A DNA stretch of 64,000 nucleotides, from NCBI RefSeq assembly GCF_964213995.1, contig NW_027590134.1, positions 930,001-994,000 of the forward strand, read 5' to 3'. Both the position numbers and the translations under genes were made by a program. A model generated the notes under the pieces. The model was not told where the DNA came from and made no database searches. It was given only the letters and a program-made list of their open reading frames with translations. The DNA is from Mustelus asterias. Lineage: Eukaryota. Of the stretch, positions 37,531 through 51,500 are shown in pieces (the stretch's first letter is position 1; the number at the start of each line of letters is the position of its first letter).

Positions 37531-38181
37531 TCACTTCTTTCCTGACGCTTTCTTCGCTTTTGCTGCTTTCACTTTGGGTTTGGCCTTCGATTTAGTCGCT
37601 TTTTTGACAGACTTTCCGGCCGTCACCTTCTTCACAGGAGACTTTTTCTTCAGGGCTGCTTTCTTCACCACCTTTTTTGGAGTTGCCGCCTTCTTGCTGC
37701 TTGTTTTCTTCACTGTTGATTTCTTCACTGGAGTTTTCTTTGCTGCGAGTTTCTTGGCTGCTGCTTTCTTTGTTGTCACCTTCTTGGCCGCTGTTTTCTT
37801 TACTAAAGATTTCTTGGCTGTTGGTTTCTTCAACTTCTTTCCCATTTTCCCCAGGCTTTCCTTCTGAGCGAGTTTGAAGGAGCCGGAGGCGCCCTGTCCC
37901 TTTGTCTGCACCAGAGAGCCTTTCTCCACCTTCCTCTTGATAGTTAACCTGATCTGGGAGCCGCGCTTCCCCACATCCACTCCGCTGCCAGCCAAAGCTT
38001 TCTTTATCGCGGCCAGGGACATCCCCTTGCGATCGCTGCAACCCGCCACAACATTGAGGATCTGCTCGCCTAACTTGGGACCGGCTGCCGCAGGTCGGGG
38101 AGCCGCCTGCTTCTTCCTCGGAGACTTCACTTGAGCGGGAGCGGCTGGAGGAGCCGTTTCGGCGGCTGCAGTTTCAGTCAT
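37531..38181 (-). CDS. H1: Histone H1, 216 aa (left arm)
   Basis: Globular domain (MSLAAIKKAL...LVQTKGQGASGSFKL) and K/A/P-rich tail. Stem-loop GGCTCTTCTCAGAGCC at 37479-37494(-). AAACACA H1 box upstream. Confidence 0.95.
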   Translation of the reverse strand: MTETAAAETAPPAAPAQVKSPRKKQAAPRPAAAGPKLGEQILNVVAGCSDRKGMSLAAIKKALAGSGVDVGKRGSQIRLTIKRKVEKGSLVQTKGQGASGSFKLAQKESLGKMGKKLKKPTAKKSLVKKTAAKKVTTKKAAAKKLAAKKTPVKKSTVKKTSSKKAATPKKVVKKAALKKKSPVKKVTAGKSVKKATKSKAKPKVKAAKAKKASGKK

Positions 38182-39490
38182 ATCCGAGAGTGTGTGGAAA
38201 ATCTGTGTGAGTCAGAACTGGATCCGAAATGAACCCAGTAGTGGCGGCACAGAGCAACTTAAAGGCAGAGAGCGGACGGAGCAGAGACAAGCTGCTGTCA
38301 GCTCCCGGCTCCTCCAGCCTCTCTGTGTTTCTCTCTCCTCACAAACTCTCCCCTTGCAATGAAATTCCGCCTCTCCAGAGATCCAGCTCACATCCTTCAT
38401 GTCTCTGACACACGAATGTTTGCTGTTGAAAAGGTTTCACTCGAACTGAGGACTCCATTTTCCACTGAAACCCGTTTTACTGCTGCACTGATCGCGCTCT
38501 CACACGCGATAGCTGACATGTTCTCTACTTTTCCACTGAAATCTTCAATTTAGCGAAACAATTGCCTTGAAATCTCACTTTGGGGCTCAGCAGGGGGATT
38601 GGGGGGAATCTTTGATTGAAAATCGTTTTATTTTACACAAGAGAGACTCGGAGATCTCATGATCAGAACAGACACACAAACACAGTTGGATTAGTCTGAC
38701 CCGCCCGCTCCTTTCATACACTCTCTCTTACACAATATTCACATCTACACATTCACAGGACAAAACTTTCACCAACTGTAAGGTCCCAGGACGGAATTTC
38801 TCCTCCTTCCGGCCTTTGCTCCGGGTTCCAGGGGGTTAGTTATAGTTTTTCATCTCAGTAACTGTTAAACACTCTGAAGCCCGCTCCCTGCAGATTGCCT
38901 TTGAATTCATTCATGGAATGTGAGTGTCGCTGTCTGGGTCAGCATTTATTGCCCATCCCTAATTGCCCTTGGGAAGGTGGTGATGAGCTGCCTTCTGGAA
39001 CTCTTTCCGGCCTTTGCTCCGGATTCCAGGGGGTTAGTTACAGTTTTTCACCTCAGGAACTGTTAAACACTCTGAGGCCCGCTCCCCACAGTTTGTCTTT
39101 GAATTCATTCATGGAATGTGAGTGTCGCTGTCTGGGTCAGTATTTATTGCCCAGACTAGCTGCAGGAAGGATGTTTTCCTTGGTTGGGGAATGTAGAACA
39201 AGGGGACACAGTCTTAGGATACAAGGTTCACCATTTAGAAATGAGATGAGGAGAGATTTCTTCACTTAGAACCTGTGGAATTCTCTACCACAGAAGCTGT
39301 GGCGACCAAGTCACTGCATATATTCAAGAAGGAGAGAGAGAAATTTTTCGATTTTAATGGCATCAAGGGGTATTGGGGAAAACTGAGAATATGGAATTGC
39401 GATATAGGATCAGACATGACCACATTGAATGATGCAACAGGCTCAAAGGCCTGAATGGCCGACTCCTGTTCCGAGTTTCTGTGTTTCCAA

Positions 39491-39603
39491 GTTCTGATGA
39501 AAGGTCACAGACCTGAAAAACTAACTCTGTTTCTCTCTGTAGACAGATGCTGCACAATCTGCTGAGCTTTCTTTTCTGTTTCATTTCAGATTTCCAGCGT
39601 CTG
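39491..39603 (+). mobile_element. Old Penelope-type tail with decayed hammerhead
   Basis: gtt-CTGATGA-a-AGGTC-aca-GACCT-GAAA...aactctgtttctctc...cagatgctgc. Related pieces at ~12495-12600 and ~33930-34020(-). Confidence 0.55.
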
Positions 39604-40655
39604 AACTGAACCCCGCCCGCTCCTTTCATACACTCTCTCTTCCACAATATTCACACCTACACATTCACAGGACAAAACTTTTACCAACTGTAAGGTCCCA
39701 GCACAGAATTTTTTACTCCTTTCACAATTCTGAACACTTCTATCAAATCTCCTCTCAACCTTCTCTTCGTCAAAGAGAACAGACCCAAATTCTCAATCTA
39801 CCGACGTAACTGAACTTCCTCATCCCTGGACCCATGCCCAGAGATTTATTGCACCCTCTCCAATGCCTTCACATCCTTTCCAACGACTGCTGTCCAGATC
39901 AGAGTCAAATACTCCAACTGAGGCCAAACCAGTGTTTTATACAGGTTTCCCATAACCTGCTTGCTCTTGTACTCTATGTCCCTACGTATAAAGCTCACAA
40001 AACCAAATACTTTATTAACAATGCTCTCAACCTGCCACTCAAACAGCAATTATTAGTGTCACATTTAACTGCAGGCCCCTTGTTCCTGCATGCTTTTACA
40101 ATTGTATCATTACTTTTATATTGTCTCAACCTTTTCTTCCCAATGAAATAAATCATTTCACACTTCTCTGCTTTAAATTGGTCTTGTTTGACCAATCCAC
40201 AAGCTGTATCAGGAACTTTGAGCTTCAGCAGTACCCCCTCACTGTTCACAATGCTGCCATGTATTGTATAATTACCACAGTTTGAATGTGTGCTCTGTAC
40301 AGCATTGCCGATGTCCAAAGCCTTAACCACTCAGTCATTGCAGCTGCACATGTGTCAGAATGATGGAACCACCCCAATAACGTTCATATTAACTTCATCA
40401 GGTACCAGGATTGTGCAGAGCACAGTGTGTGAGCTGTAATTTAATCTTTGTCTCTGATGGAGAACTCATTTATTAGGTCAGAGATTTGGTTTTCTATTTC
40501 AATAATTTTTCATTTGAAACGAATTACGTCCGAAGAAAAAAATGAAACTTTTAATTATTTTATTTCATTCCTGTCAAATGTTGCGTTCGTACTGTTTTTG
40601 TCCACTCGGTTTAAAACACAAGAGACCGTGGACAAGGTTCTTCATAAACTATAAA

Positions 40656-40727
40656 TGTGATAGCCGGGAATCGAACTCGGGTCAATTGTTTGGAAGGCAG
40701 CTGTGCTCACCACTATACCACCATCAC
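40656..40727 (-). pseudogene. tRNA-Gly(TCC), probably a pseudogene
   Basis: Reverse complement GTGATGGTGGTATAGTGGTGAGCACAGCTGCCTTCCAAACAATTGACCCGAGTTCGATTCCCGGCTATCACA. Acceptor stem pairs; 2 mismatches in the anticodon stem and 1 in the T stem. Confidence 0.85.
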
Positions 40728-42329
40728 TCAATCTGCTCAAACAGCCCTTCTTTTCAATAGTTATAATTAGGAACTACCTTCGCTGCTGATTTCATCAGAC
40801 ATTTGGTGTATCCATGGCACAGTTTGTAAACTGAACTTGGCTTTTCTCGTTTTTCTGGACAGTTTCAGCCACCTTTTTACTATTGTTTCTGACTGAGAAC
40901 TCATTGATTAGTTTTGAGGCCTGTTCTTTCATTTTAACAAAGTTTCCACAAAGTAAATTGAAGCTGGATTTTCCATTAGAACCACAGTGATGGTGAGAAT
41001 CTTTCGTGAATTTTATTTTAGGAATGCCCACCTGCTGTTGTGACCTGCGATAGTTAATTAAATAAATCACCACTGTGATGGTCAGGAACTGACTCTTGGT
41101 CAAATGCTCGCACAGTCACTACTCCACCACCATCGCTCACCTGGCTCTTCCACCCCTTCTGTAACAAAGTTCAGCTTTGACAGTGAATCTGGTTTCCTCA
41201 GGCCCAATCGGAGGATGGTCGGAAACTGTCCATCACTATCAGAAACTTCACTTTCAGCGAGTGTGGGATGATTATTTAACTGGCTGTCACTGGTTGTTGA
41301 GGTTGTGATTTACTGTTACCTGTCAGTGCAGAAGAAACAAATAAAACAGGAAATCGAGAGACTCCGAGAGCAAATAATTTGTATTTTCACCCGAAAGACA
41401 CAATGATCTCTGCAATCACTATAATAACTGAAAACCCCCAGATATTATTAGCTCTGGCCACGGAATCTGGTTAACAGATGTGGTCCCACACCACATGGAC
41501 TGCAGCGGTTCCGGAAGGCAGCTCATCACCACCTTCCCAAGGGCAATTAGGGATGGGCAATAAATGCTGACCCAGACAGCGACACCTACATTCCATGAAT
41601 GAATTCAAAGGCAATCTGCAGGGAGCGGGCTTCAGAGTGTTTAACAGTTACTGAGATGAAAAACTATAACTAACCCCCTGGAATCCGGAGCAAAGGCCGG
41701 AAGGAGGAGAAATTCCGTCCTGGGACCTCACAGTTGGTGAAAGTTTTGTCCTGTGAATGTGTAGGTGTGAATATTGTGTAAGAGAGAGTGTATGAAAGGA
41801 GCGGGCGGGTCAGACTAATCCAACTGTGTTTGTGTGTCTGTTCTGATCATGAGATCTCTGAGTCTCTCTTGTGAAAAATAAAACGATTTTCAATCAAAGA
41901 TTCCCCCCAATCCCCCTGCTGAGCCCCAAAGTGAGATTTCAAGGCAATTGTTTCGCTAAATTGAAGATTTCAGTGGAAAAGTAGAGAACATGTCAGCTAT
42001 CGCGTGTGAGAGCGCGATCAGTGCAGCAGTAAAACGGGTTTCAGTGGAAAATGGAGTCCTCAGTTCGAGTGAAACCTTTTCAACAGCAAACATTCGTGTG
42101 TCAGAGACATGAAGGATGTGAGCTGGATCTCTGGAGAGGCGGAATTTCATTGCAAGGGGAGAGTTTGTGAGGAGAGAGAAACACAGAGAGGCTGGAGGAG
42201 CCGGGAGCTGACAGCAGCTTGTCTCTGCTCCGTCCGCTCTCTGCCTTTAAGTTGCTCTGTGCCGCCACCACTGGGTTCATTTCGGATCCAGTTCTGACTC
42301 TCACACAGATTTTCCACACTCTCTCGGAT

Positions 42330-42980
42330 ATGACTGAAACTGCAGCCGCCGAAACGGCTCCTCCAGCCGCTCCCGCTCAAGTGAAGTCTCCCAGGAAGAA
42401 GAAGGCGGCTCCCCGACCTGCGGCAGCCGGTCCCAAGTTAGGCGAGCAGATCCTCAATGTTGTGGCGGGATGCAGCGATCGCAAGGGGATGTCCCTGGCC
42501 GCGATAAAGAAAGCTTTGGCTGGCAGCGGAGTGGATGTGGGGAAGCGCGGCTCCCAGATCAGGTTAACGATCAAGAGGAAGGTGGAGACAGGGTCTCTGG
42601 TGCAGATAAAGGGACAGGGCGCCTCCGGCTCCTTCAAACTCGCTCAGAAGGAAAGCCTGGGGAAAATGGGAAAGAAGGTGAAGACACCAACAACCAAGAA
42701 ATCTTTAGTAAAGAAAACAGCGGCCAAGAAGGTGACAACAAAGAAAGCAGCAGCCAAGAAACCCGCAGCAAAGAAACCCGCAGCAAAGAAAACTCCAGTG
42801 AAGAAAACAAGCAGCAAGAAGGCGGCAACTCCAAAAAAGGCGGTGAAGAAAGCAGCCCTGAAGAAAAAGTCTCCTGTGAAGAAGGTGACGGGCGGAAAGT
42901 CTGTCAAAAAAGTGACTAAATCCAAGGCCAAACCCAAAGTGAAAGCAGCAAAAGCGAAGAAAGCGCCAGGAAAGAAGTGA
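42330..42980 (+). CDS. H1: Histone H1, 216 aa (right arm)
   Basis: ATG at 42330 (MTETAAAETAPP). AAACACA box at 42179-85; stem-loop at 43017-43032. Confidence 0.95.
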   Translation: MTETAAAETAPPAAPAQVKSPRKKKAAPRPAAAGPKLGEQILNVVAGCSDRKGMSLAAIKKALAGSGVDVGKRGSQIRLTIKRKVETGSLVQIKGQGASGSFKLAQKESLGKMGKKVKTPTTKKSLVKKTAAKKVTTKKAAAKKPAAKKPAAKKTPVKKTSSKKAATPKKAVKKAALKKKSPVKKVTGGKSVKKVTKSKAKPKVKAAKAKKAPGKK

Positions 42981-43841
42981 AACAACCCGAGCAAATTGTA
43001 AACCTCTGAACCCAAAGGCTCTTCTCAGAGCCACCCACATCTCTCAGGAAAGAGCTGATCCCGCAAGAAAATGATTCCTGTCCCGCGGCCCGGCTCATTC
43101 TCAATAGAGATCATTTCAAATTCAGACTAAAGCAAAACACAGCAGAGGCTGAATTTCATTTGAATTTGACATTTGTTCAATCGCCACTTTCTCTCATAAT
43201 AAAGATGTCTGGTAGATTCAGTGTGAGACAGTAACACTGGCGGCTAAATACCGCTTTCCAACTTCAATTTTAACAGGAGATTTCCCCAAACAGCTGCAAT
43301 AAGGTATTTGTAAACAGCTGGAAGCGGATGTGGGTGAGGATGTTCCTGAGGGAGATTCTTGCTGTGTTTAAGTCGGAATATTACTGACTGGGAATCATAA
43401 CGGGGCCAGGTTTTAAACACAAAAGCAAAAAGTCACGAACCGACTCGTTAACTCCCTCTTCACAAAAGCTGCCGGAGCTGCTGATTATTTGCAGCATTTT
43501 CTGTTTTGATTCCATATTTCAAAGCTCCAGGTTTGTGGAAACTCTTGACTGTGAAGGGCGGCTCTGGAAGGGTTTGTGTGGGGAGCTGTGTTTCGCTTCC
43601 ATTGTTATTAAACGGGTTGAAATTGGCGGTTGCTGAAACTGGAGGTGGAGCTGAAAGATCAGGGGCCGTTCTGTGTGTGTGTGTCAGTCCGGCTCTCTCC
43701 TCCCTCCCGCTCTGTGTTTAATCTTCACCCTATCTCCTCCCCTCTCTGCTCTCACTCCGCCTTTCTCAGTCAGGTCGGTGCGGGCTGTATAAAAGGAGCC
43801 TGAAAGATTTCCTCTCTCATATTGTGCAGAGATCTGAGTGA

Positions 43842-44162
<321 letters not shown>

Positions 44163-45445
44163 ACAACTCGCTCCTTTCTCCCGAACACACAACAAAGGCT
44201 CTTTTAAGAGCCACTCACCGCCTCACAGAGAGAGCAGTGACCTGGGAGCGGGGGCTGGGATAGGCTGTTCAATGTTTGAGATGCATGTTTGTTTTGTTTA
44301 GGTTACAGTGCGGGAATCACCGAATTTAACATTTCATTTGGAGCGGCGATGGGAATTGTTTTTGAAATTTTTAAGAGGATTGTCTGAGCAGCCCCCAGTT
44401 GACATGTGCCCTCAGTGAAACGCCACATCACTCCTGTTTAATCACTCAGTGTTTGGATAGAGTTTATAAAAGCTTTCTCTGGAATAGCGGAGTTTAGTAG
44501 CAGCAGCCGGTGAATCGTTCACTGGAACCAGTCCCAGTTGTGATGCTATTTGCCCCCAGACGGTTGTTTCCTGCACTGAAACTGACGCTTTGTGAAACTG
44601 ATCAGTTTCCGCTCAGTCATTCACAAACTCGCAATTCCCGCAGTTTGAGCCGCTCCAAACCCCAGCCTGCTTCTGATTGGCCATCCTCTCCACATTCGCA
44701 GCTCTGAACCAATCGCAGAGCATCGAATGTGAACATTGAGCCAATCATTGGCTTCAACTGTCAACCGGCAGAAATTTTGAATTGGGGGAAATGCCGCCAA
44801 TTTCAGCGCGGGAAAGGGAATTGAGACAAATTCTTAACTTATTAAAAATAGATTCTCAATTAATATTCTGCTATAAGATTATTTTACAAAGAGGTTTCAT
44901 TTGTGAACATTTGTCCGCCACGGGCGGCAAACGGCTCTATTCAGTAATGTCAAACGGGACAAATATGAAGTCACTCTCTGTAACAAACAACAAACTCAAC
45001 CCCTTCCACACCGGCTTCAGGGAGACACAGAGAAGCGACTGATTTCTGATCCTTGCCCCCGAAAACGGCAGCGAATGTTACAAACGACAGGAGAGGGGAA
45101 ATCTGAATGGGCTGGAGAGGAAAGGGACAGGGATCGAGTGGAACAGCGGGAGATTCTGGGAATGAACAGCCCAGAGAGCGGGGAAAGGGTCTAAAGCACT
45201 AAGGGCAGGGAGATAGACTTCTTCAATATTTCGAGTCATGTTTGTTTTAATCAGGACGGGATAAATACCCGTCTTTTATACAGACGGCTATTTCCTGCAT
45301 CGAAAACGGCCCAATTTCTGAAAGGCGCGGTTAACAAAACAACTGAACCAATCAGAACCTGAGTTACAGACATTAATTCGCTGGTCACCGTTTGATTGAA
45401 ACTTCCTGGGCCAATTCCCGCTGGGGGCGGTCCCTCACAGTTTAA

Positions 45446-45925
<480 letters not shown>

Positions 45926-46701
45926 ACCCCGACTTCAGCACCAAGTACAACAACGGCTCTTTTAAGAGCCACCAAATCGGCAAATGAAAGAGCTGCGATC
46001 TCCTGTTAACGATTCTAGTGTTTGAATTCCCAGGACAGAATATTCCCAGGACTCCAGTACTGAAACCTCTCAATGTTACAATTAACCCTCCGTTGCATTG
46101 AGGTCACTCATATCTCCAATCCTTCGATGGTTAGAGTAAAAACGATGCCGTTAACAGTTCTACCGCAATTCAATTTTAAAGTGGTTTTATTAAACCTGCG
46201 ATCATTTCAGTTCCGAGCAATAATTCCGCAAATCGACTTTCTCCGCACATGTTTCGAGTCGCAGCGAGTGTTGAAAATTGCGTCAATTAGGTTCAGAATA
46301 TGAAGCATGTCTCAAACAGGAGCCCACTCACACAGATATAGCCATTGCAGAAACGCTTGCACATTCGCATGGACAATAATTAACACTTTTCCAGATAGTG
46401 ACTGACTTTGAAAACCGATGGGCTGCAGATGAATGTCCTCGCAGACTATCACATTTTAAAGCAATTATATTTGAAATAGGATCATTTATGTTCACTGGGA
46501 TAGTTTCCCCGATAAACAGCAGCAAGTTGCATTAAAATACTGTACGTGTCAATAGTACGGATTGATAGAACAAAGCGGGAAACAGCTGTGCTGTGAATAG
46601 CAGTGCAGAAACTGACCGATAGACACCAGGTCGCCCTTTTTCAGATAAAATGAGTGGCTCTGAAAAGAGCCTTTGGGTTATCAGATTAAAGAATGGGCGC
46701 T

Positions 46702-47151
<450 letters not shown>

Positions 47152-48179
47152 TTATAAACTGACAGCTCCTCTGATTGGCCGCTGCTCTATTCACCTCATT
47201 TGCCTATATTCTTCACCAATCAGCTCACTGGAAACAGAAGAGGGCGGGATTTCCCCACAACAACCGGCAGAAGCAGAGAATTTGTCCATTTCCAAAAGCC
47301 CGCCAATTTCATTGTGGGAAAGGAGTGAATTCAAATAAATCAATGTCGCCCTTAGTCAGAGATTTCAAATCCCTTCTATTGATTTGCTTTTATTCAGCTC
47401 TTCCCGTCACCAATCGCAGGCGCGGCTTTAACATTTTATTTCAATGTGCTTCATTCTCCTATCGCTTTCTAACTGTCCCGGGCGGGAATCAATCCCTGTT
47501 CACAGCATTCCCAGAAGGAAAACACTCCGTTTCGTCTTCAATCAGAACCCACTCTCCTTCACAGAAAACAGGGAGCCGGATCGAGTCCGCACACTGTCCT
47601 TATTCCGCTCTGTAATAATCCCACTCCGGACTGTTACCCTGCGGAGAATTACTGAGAATAAAATGATGAATCAATTAACATTTCAGGAATTGAGAGAAGG
47701 GACCGTTACCGCGAAAAACAGCCGCTAATGAGGTCATTTTGGAGCTGTGAAAACAACAGAATAATAACAGTTTTCAGCACAAAGCGAAGGCAGTGAGTGA
47801 ATTCTGGGTTAATGTTTGGTATACAGGACAGGAGACACAAACAGCAGTCGAAGTTATTCCATTTTACATTCTAACCATCGAATAGGAAGGTGCCGGATAC
47901 AGCTTTTCACAGAGACTGACGATTAGATTTCCTCACCCAAATGTTATTGGAATGATGACCAAATAGGATTCGGGAAAGATTTTTCCCTCCATCCCTTCCA
48001 TTCTCTGGATTTACACCGGCTGAAAGAACAACGAGAAAAGTTCATAGTGACAGAAACAGATTATCCTTGGGAACACATTTAGTTTGAAACGTCCTTGTGA
48101 TGTAGTAGAGCAGAGTGGTTATATTTGTGGCGAGATGCAGGAAACTGCAGACGAACAGAGGGCCGTGTTTTTTAAAAAT

Positions 48180-48535
48180 TCATTTGTGGGACATGGTCAT
48201 CGCTGACTGGCCAGCATTTAATGCACATCCTGAGTTGCCCTTGTTCAGAGGACAGTTGAGAGTCAACCACAGTGCTGTGGCTCTGGAGTCACATGACGGC
48301 CATACCGGGTAAGGACGGCAGATTTCCTCCCGAAAGGAAGTGAACCAGATAGGATTTTCTGACAATCGACAATAGCTTCACGGTCATCAGTAGATTCTTA
48401 ATTCCAGATATTTTTTTATCAAATTTAAATTCCATCAACTGCCGTGGCAGGATTCGAACCCGGGTCCCCAGAACATTAGCTGAGTTTCTGGATTAATAGC
48501 ATAGTGATAATACCACTCGGCCATCACCTCCCCCC
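48180..48535 (-). mobile_element. tRNA-headed SINE, second family (mirror of 28934-29290)
   Basis: Reverse complement of the left-arm copy. Confidence 0.8.
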
Positions 48536-48565
48536 GTGTACAGACATCATTAACTGGTAGGTGAA

Positions 48566-51500
48566 TGATGCGCATCAATTGAACACGAGGCACGAAGCTT
48601 CGGTAACAGAAGGCTTTTATTGTCGAACAATGGAACTAATAGAACGTAAACACACTATCCCAGACTGACGAGGTCCCGCCCGAGCAGGGGGTCTTATACC
48701 TCTCCCAGGAGGCGGAGCCCGACTGGGATGTGCCACAACAGTAACAACCACAGGTGTATTAATCCCACAGTGGGAACCAACGATGGTTCACCACATTCAC
48801 CCCTCCTTTGAGAACAAAGGCCGGCGGGGTACGAAAACAGACTAAAATGTCAACAGATTATAAGTTCAGACGGTCTGGAGGACCGCACCGTCGTTGTGAC
48901 CTCCTCAATACCGGCGGTGACACCGGAGTAGGTGCTTGCGGTGGCGTTCTCCCCAAAACAGCGTCCAGCTGTTCTCCCACGGACTCACAGGCCGGTTGAC
49001 CCTGATGAAGCGGTAGTGCAGGGGATCCCGGTACATTCTGCGATGGTGCCGATCTCCGGGGCTCAGGCAAGCTGTGCATTGGAGTAAAACTGTTAAGCAC
49101 TGGTCCCGGTGCTGTCCGCGCCACGTCCGGGGGAGAAATAAGGGATTCGTCACTGGGGGTATGGGAGCGACAGGAGTTGCTACGTCCCCTGCGGGCGCCA
49201 GGTCTCGGATCGAGACTGTGTCCTCTCGCCCGTCAGGATATGCCACATAGGCATACTGAGGGTTGGCGTGGAGGAGGTGGACCTGTTCGACCAAGGGGTC
49301 GGACTTGCGGGCCCTTTCCTGTCGCCGCAGAAGGACGGGTCTTGGGTACGTCAACCAGGCTGGTAAAGATATCCCTGAGGACGACTTCCGAGGGAATGAG
49401 AACATCCTCTCGTGGGGAGTAGCATTGGTTGCCGTACACAGGAGGGAGCGAATGGAGTGAAGCGCATTAGGGAGGACCTCCTGCCAATGGGAGACTGGAA
49501 GGCCTTTGGACTTCAGCGCCAATAGGACAGCCTTCCAGACTGTAGCATTCTCTCTTTCCACCTGTCCATTACCCCTAGGGTTGTAACTCGTGGTCCTACT
49601 AGAGGCAATCCCGCATGAGAGCAGGAATTGCCTCAAGTCATTACTCATGAACGACGAGCCCCTGTCGCTATGGATATAGCTGGGGTACCCGAACAGGGTA
49701 AAAAGATCACGGAATGCCTTGATCACCGTGGCAGTCGACGTGTCCGCGCAGGGGACAACAAATGGGAACCGGGAGTACTCATCTATTATGTTCAGAAAGT
49801 ACACGTTCCGATCTGTTGAGGGAAGGGGGCCCTTAAAATCCACACTCAGCCTCTCGAAGGGGCGAGTGGCCTTGACCAAATGTGCCCGGTCAGGTCGGTA
49901 ACAGTGCGGTTTGCATTCCGCGCAAATCCGACAGCTCCTTGTCACCGACCTGACGTCCTCCACCGAGTAAGGCAGGTTGCGGGCTTTGATAAAGTGGTAG
50001 AGCCGAGTGACCCCAGGATGGCACAGGTCATTATGGAGGGCGTTCAAGCGATCCTCCTGCATAGTAGCGCATGTTCCGCGCGAGAGGGCATCCGAGGGCT
50101 CATTGAGTTTCCCTGGACGATACATGATATCGTAGTTATAGGTGGAGAGTTCAATTCTCCACCGCAAGATCTTATCATTCTTGATCTTGCCCCTCTGCGT
50201 GTTGTTGAACATGAACGCCACGGACCGCTGGTCCGTGATCAGAGTGAACCGCTTCCCCGCCAGGTAATGGCGCCAGTGTCTGACGGCCTCCACAATGGCC
50301 TGGGCCTCCTTTTCCACCGCTGAATGCTGAATTTCGGGGCCTTGGAGGGTGCGGGAAAAAAACGCGATGGGCCTGCCCGCCTGGTTCAGTGTGGCGGCCA
50401 GGGCGAAATCAGATGCATCGCTTTCCACCTGAAAAGGGATGGATTCGTCTACCGCGTGCATCGTGGCTTTCGCGATGTCGTGTTTCAATTCCTTGAAGGC
50501 CAATTGGGCCTCTGGCGTGAGTGGAAAAGTCGTGGACTTAATAAGCGGACGGGCTTTGTCCGCGTAGTTAGGGACCCACTGCGCCTAATAGGAGAAGAAG
50601 CCTAGGCATCTTCTCAGTGCTTTTGCGCTAGCGGGCAAGGGAAGTTCAGCAGGGGGGCGCATACGGTCGGGATCAGGGCCAATGACCCCGTTTTCCACCA
50701 CGTATCCCAGGATGGCTAACCGGCGCGTATGGAATACACACTTCTCCCTGTTCGAGGTCAAATTCAGGCGAGATGCAGTGCGTAAAAAGTTCTGGAGATT
50801 TGTGTCATGGTCCTGCTGATCACGGCCGCAGATGGTGACATTATCCAGGTACCGGAAGGTAGCCCGCAGCCTGTTCTGGTCCACCATTCGGTCCATAGCA
50901 CGCTGGAAGACCGAGACCCCATTGGTGACACCAAATGGAACCCTAAGAAACTGATACAGACGACCATCCGCCTCAAAGGCCGTGTAGTGTCGGTCCTCTG
51001 GGCGAATGGGGAGTTGGTGGTAGGCGGACCAAAGGTCTATGGTGGAGAACACCCGGTACTGCGCAATCTGATTGACCATATCAGATATGCGCGGGAGGGG
51101 ATACGCATCCAGCTGCGTATATCGATTAATGGTCTGACTGTAATCAATGACCATCCGGGGTTTGTTCCCGCTCTTGACCACCACAACCTGTGCTCTCCAC
51201 GGACTAACACTGGGCTGTATGATCCCTTCTTTGAGGAGTCGCTGAACCTCAGATCTGATGAAGATCCGATCTTCAGTGCTGTAACGCCTACTTTTAGTAG
51301 CGATGGGCTTGCAGCCTGGTACCAGATTCTTGAATAAAGAGAGTGTGGTGATCTTTAATGTAGAAAGATTGCATGCGGGGCGCTTTGGACAATTTGGAGA
51401 CTGCAGCTGTTCCCCTACTGTCAGCGAAGGGAGTGGCCCACCGTACTGTAGGATTTGTACTTCATGTGGACCATAAAGTTTAGTCCGAGGAGAATTGGTG

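Larger units (their letters stand above)
39002..41507. other. Non-duplicated spacer of the palindrome (CR1 fragments, local duplications, tRNA pseudogene)
   Basis: Mirror symmetry ends at gctgccttctggaac (~39001) and gttccggaaggcagc (~41508). Confidence 0.85.
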
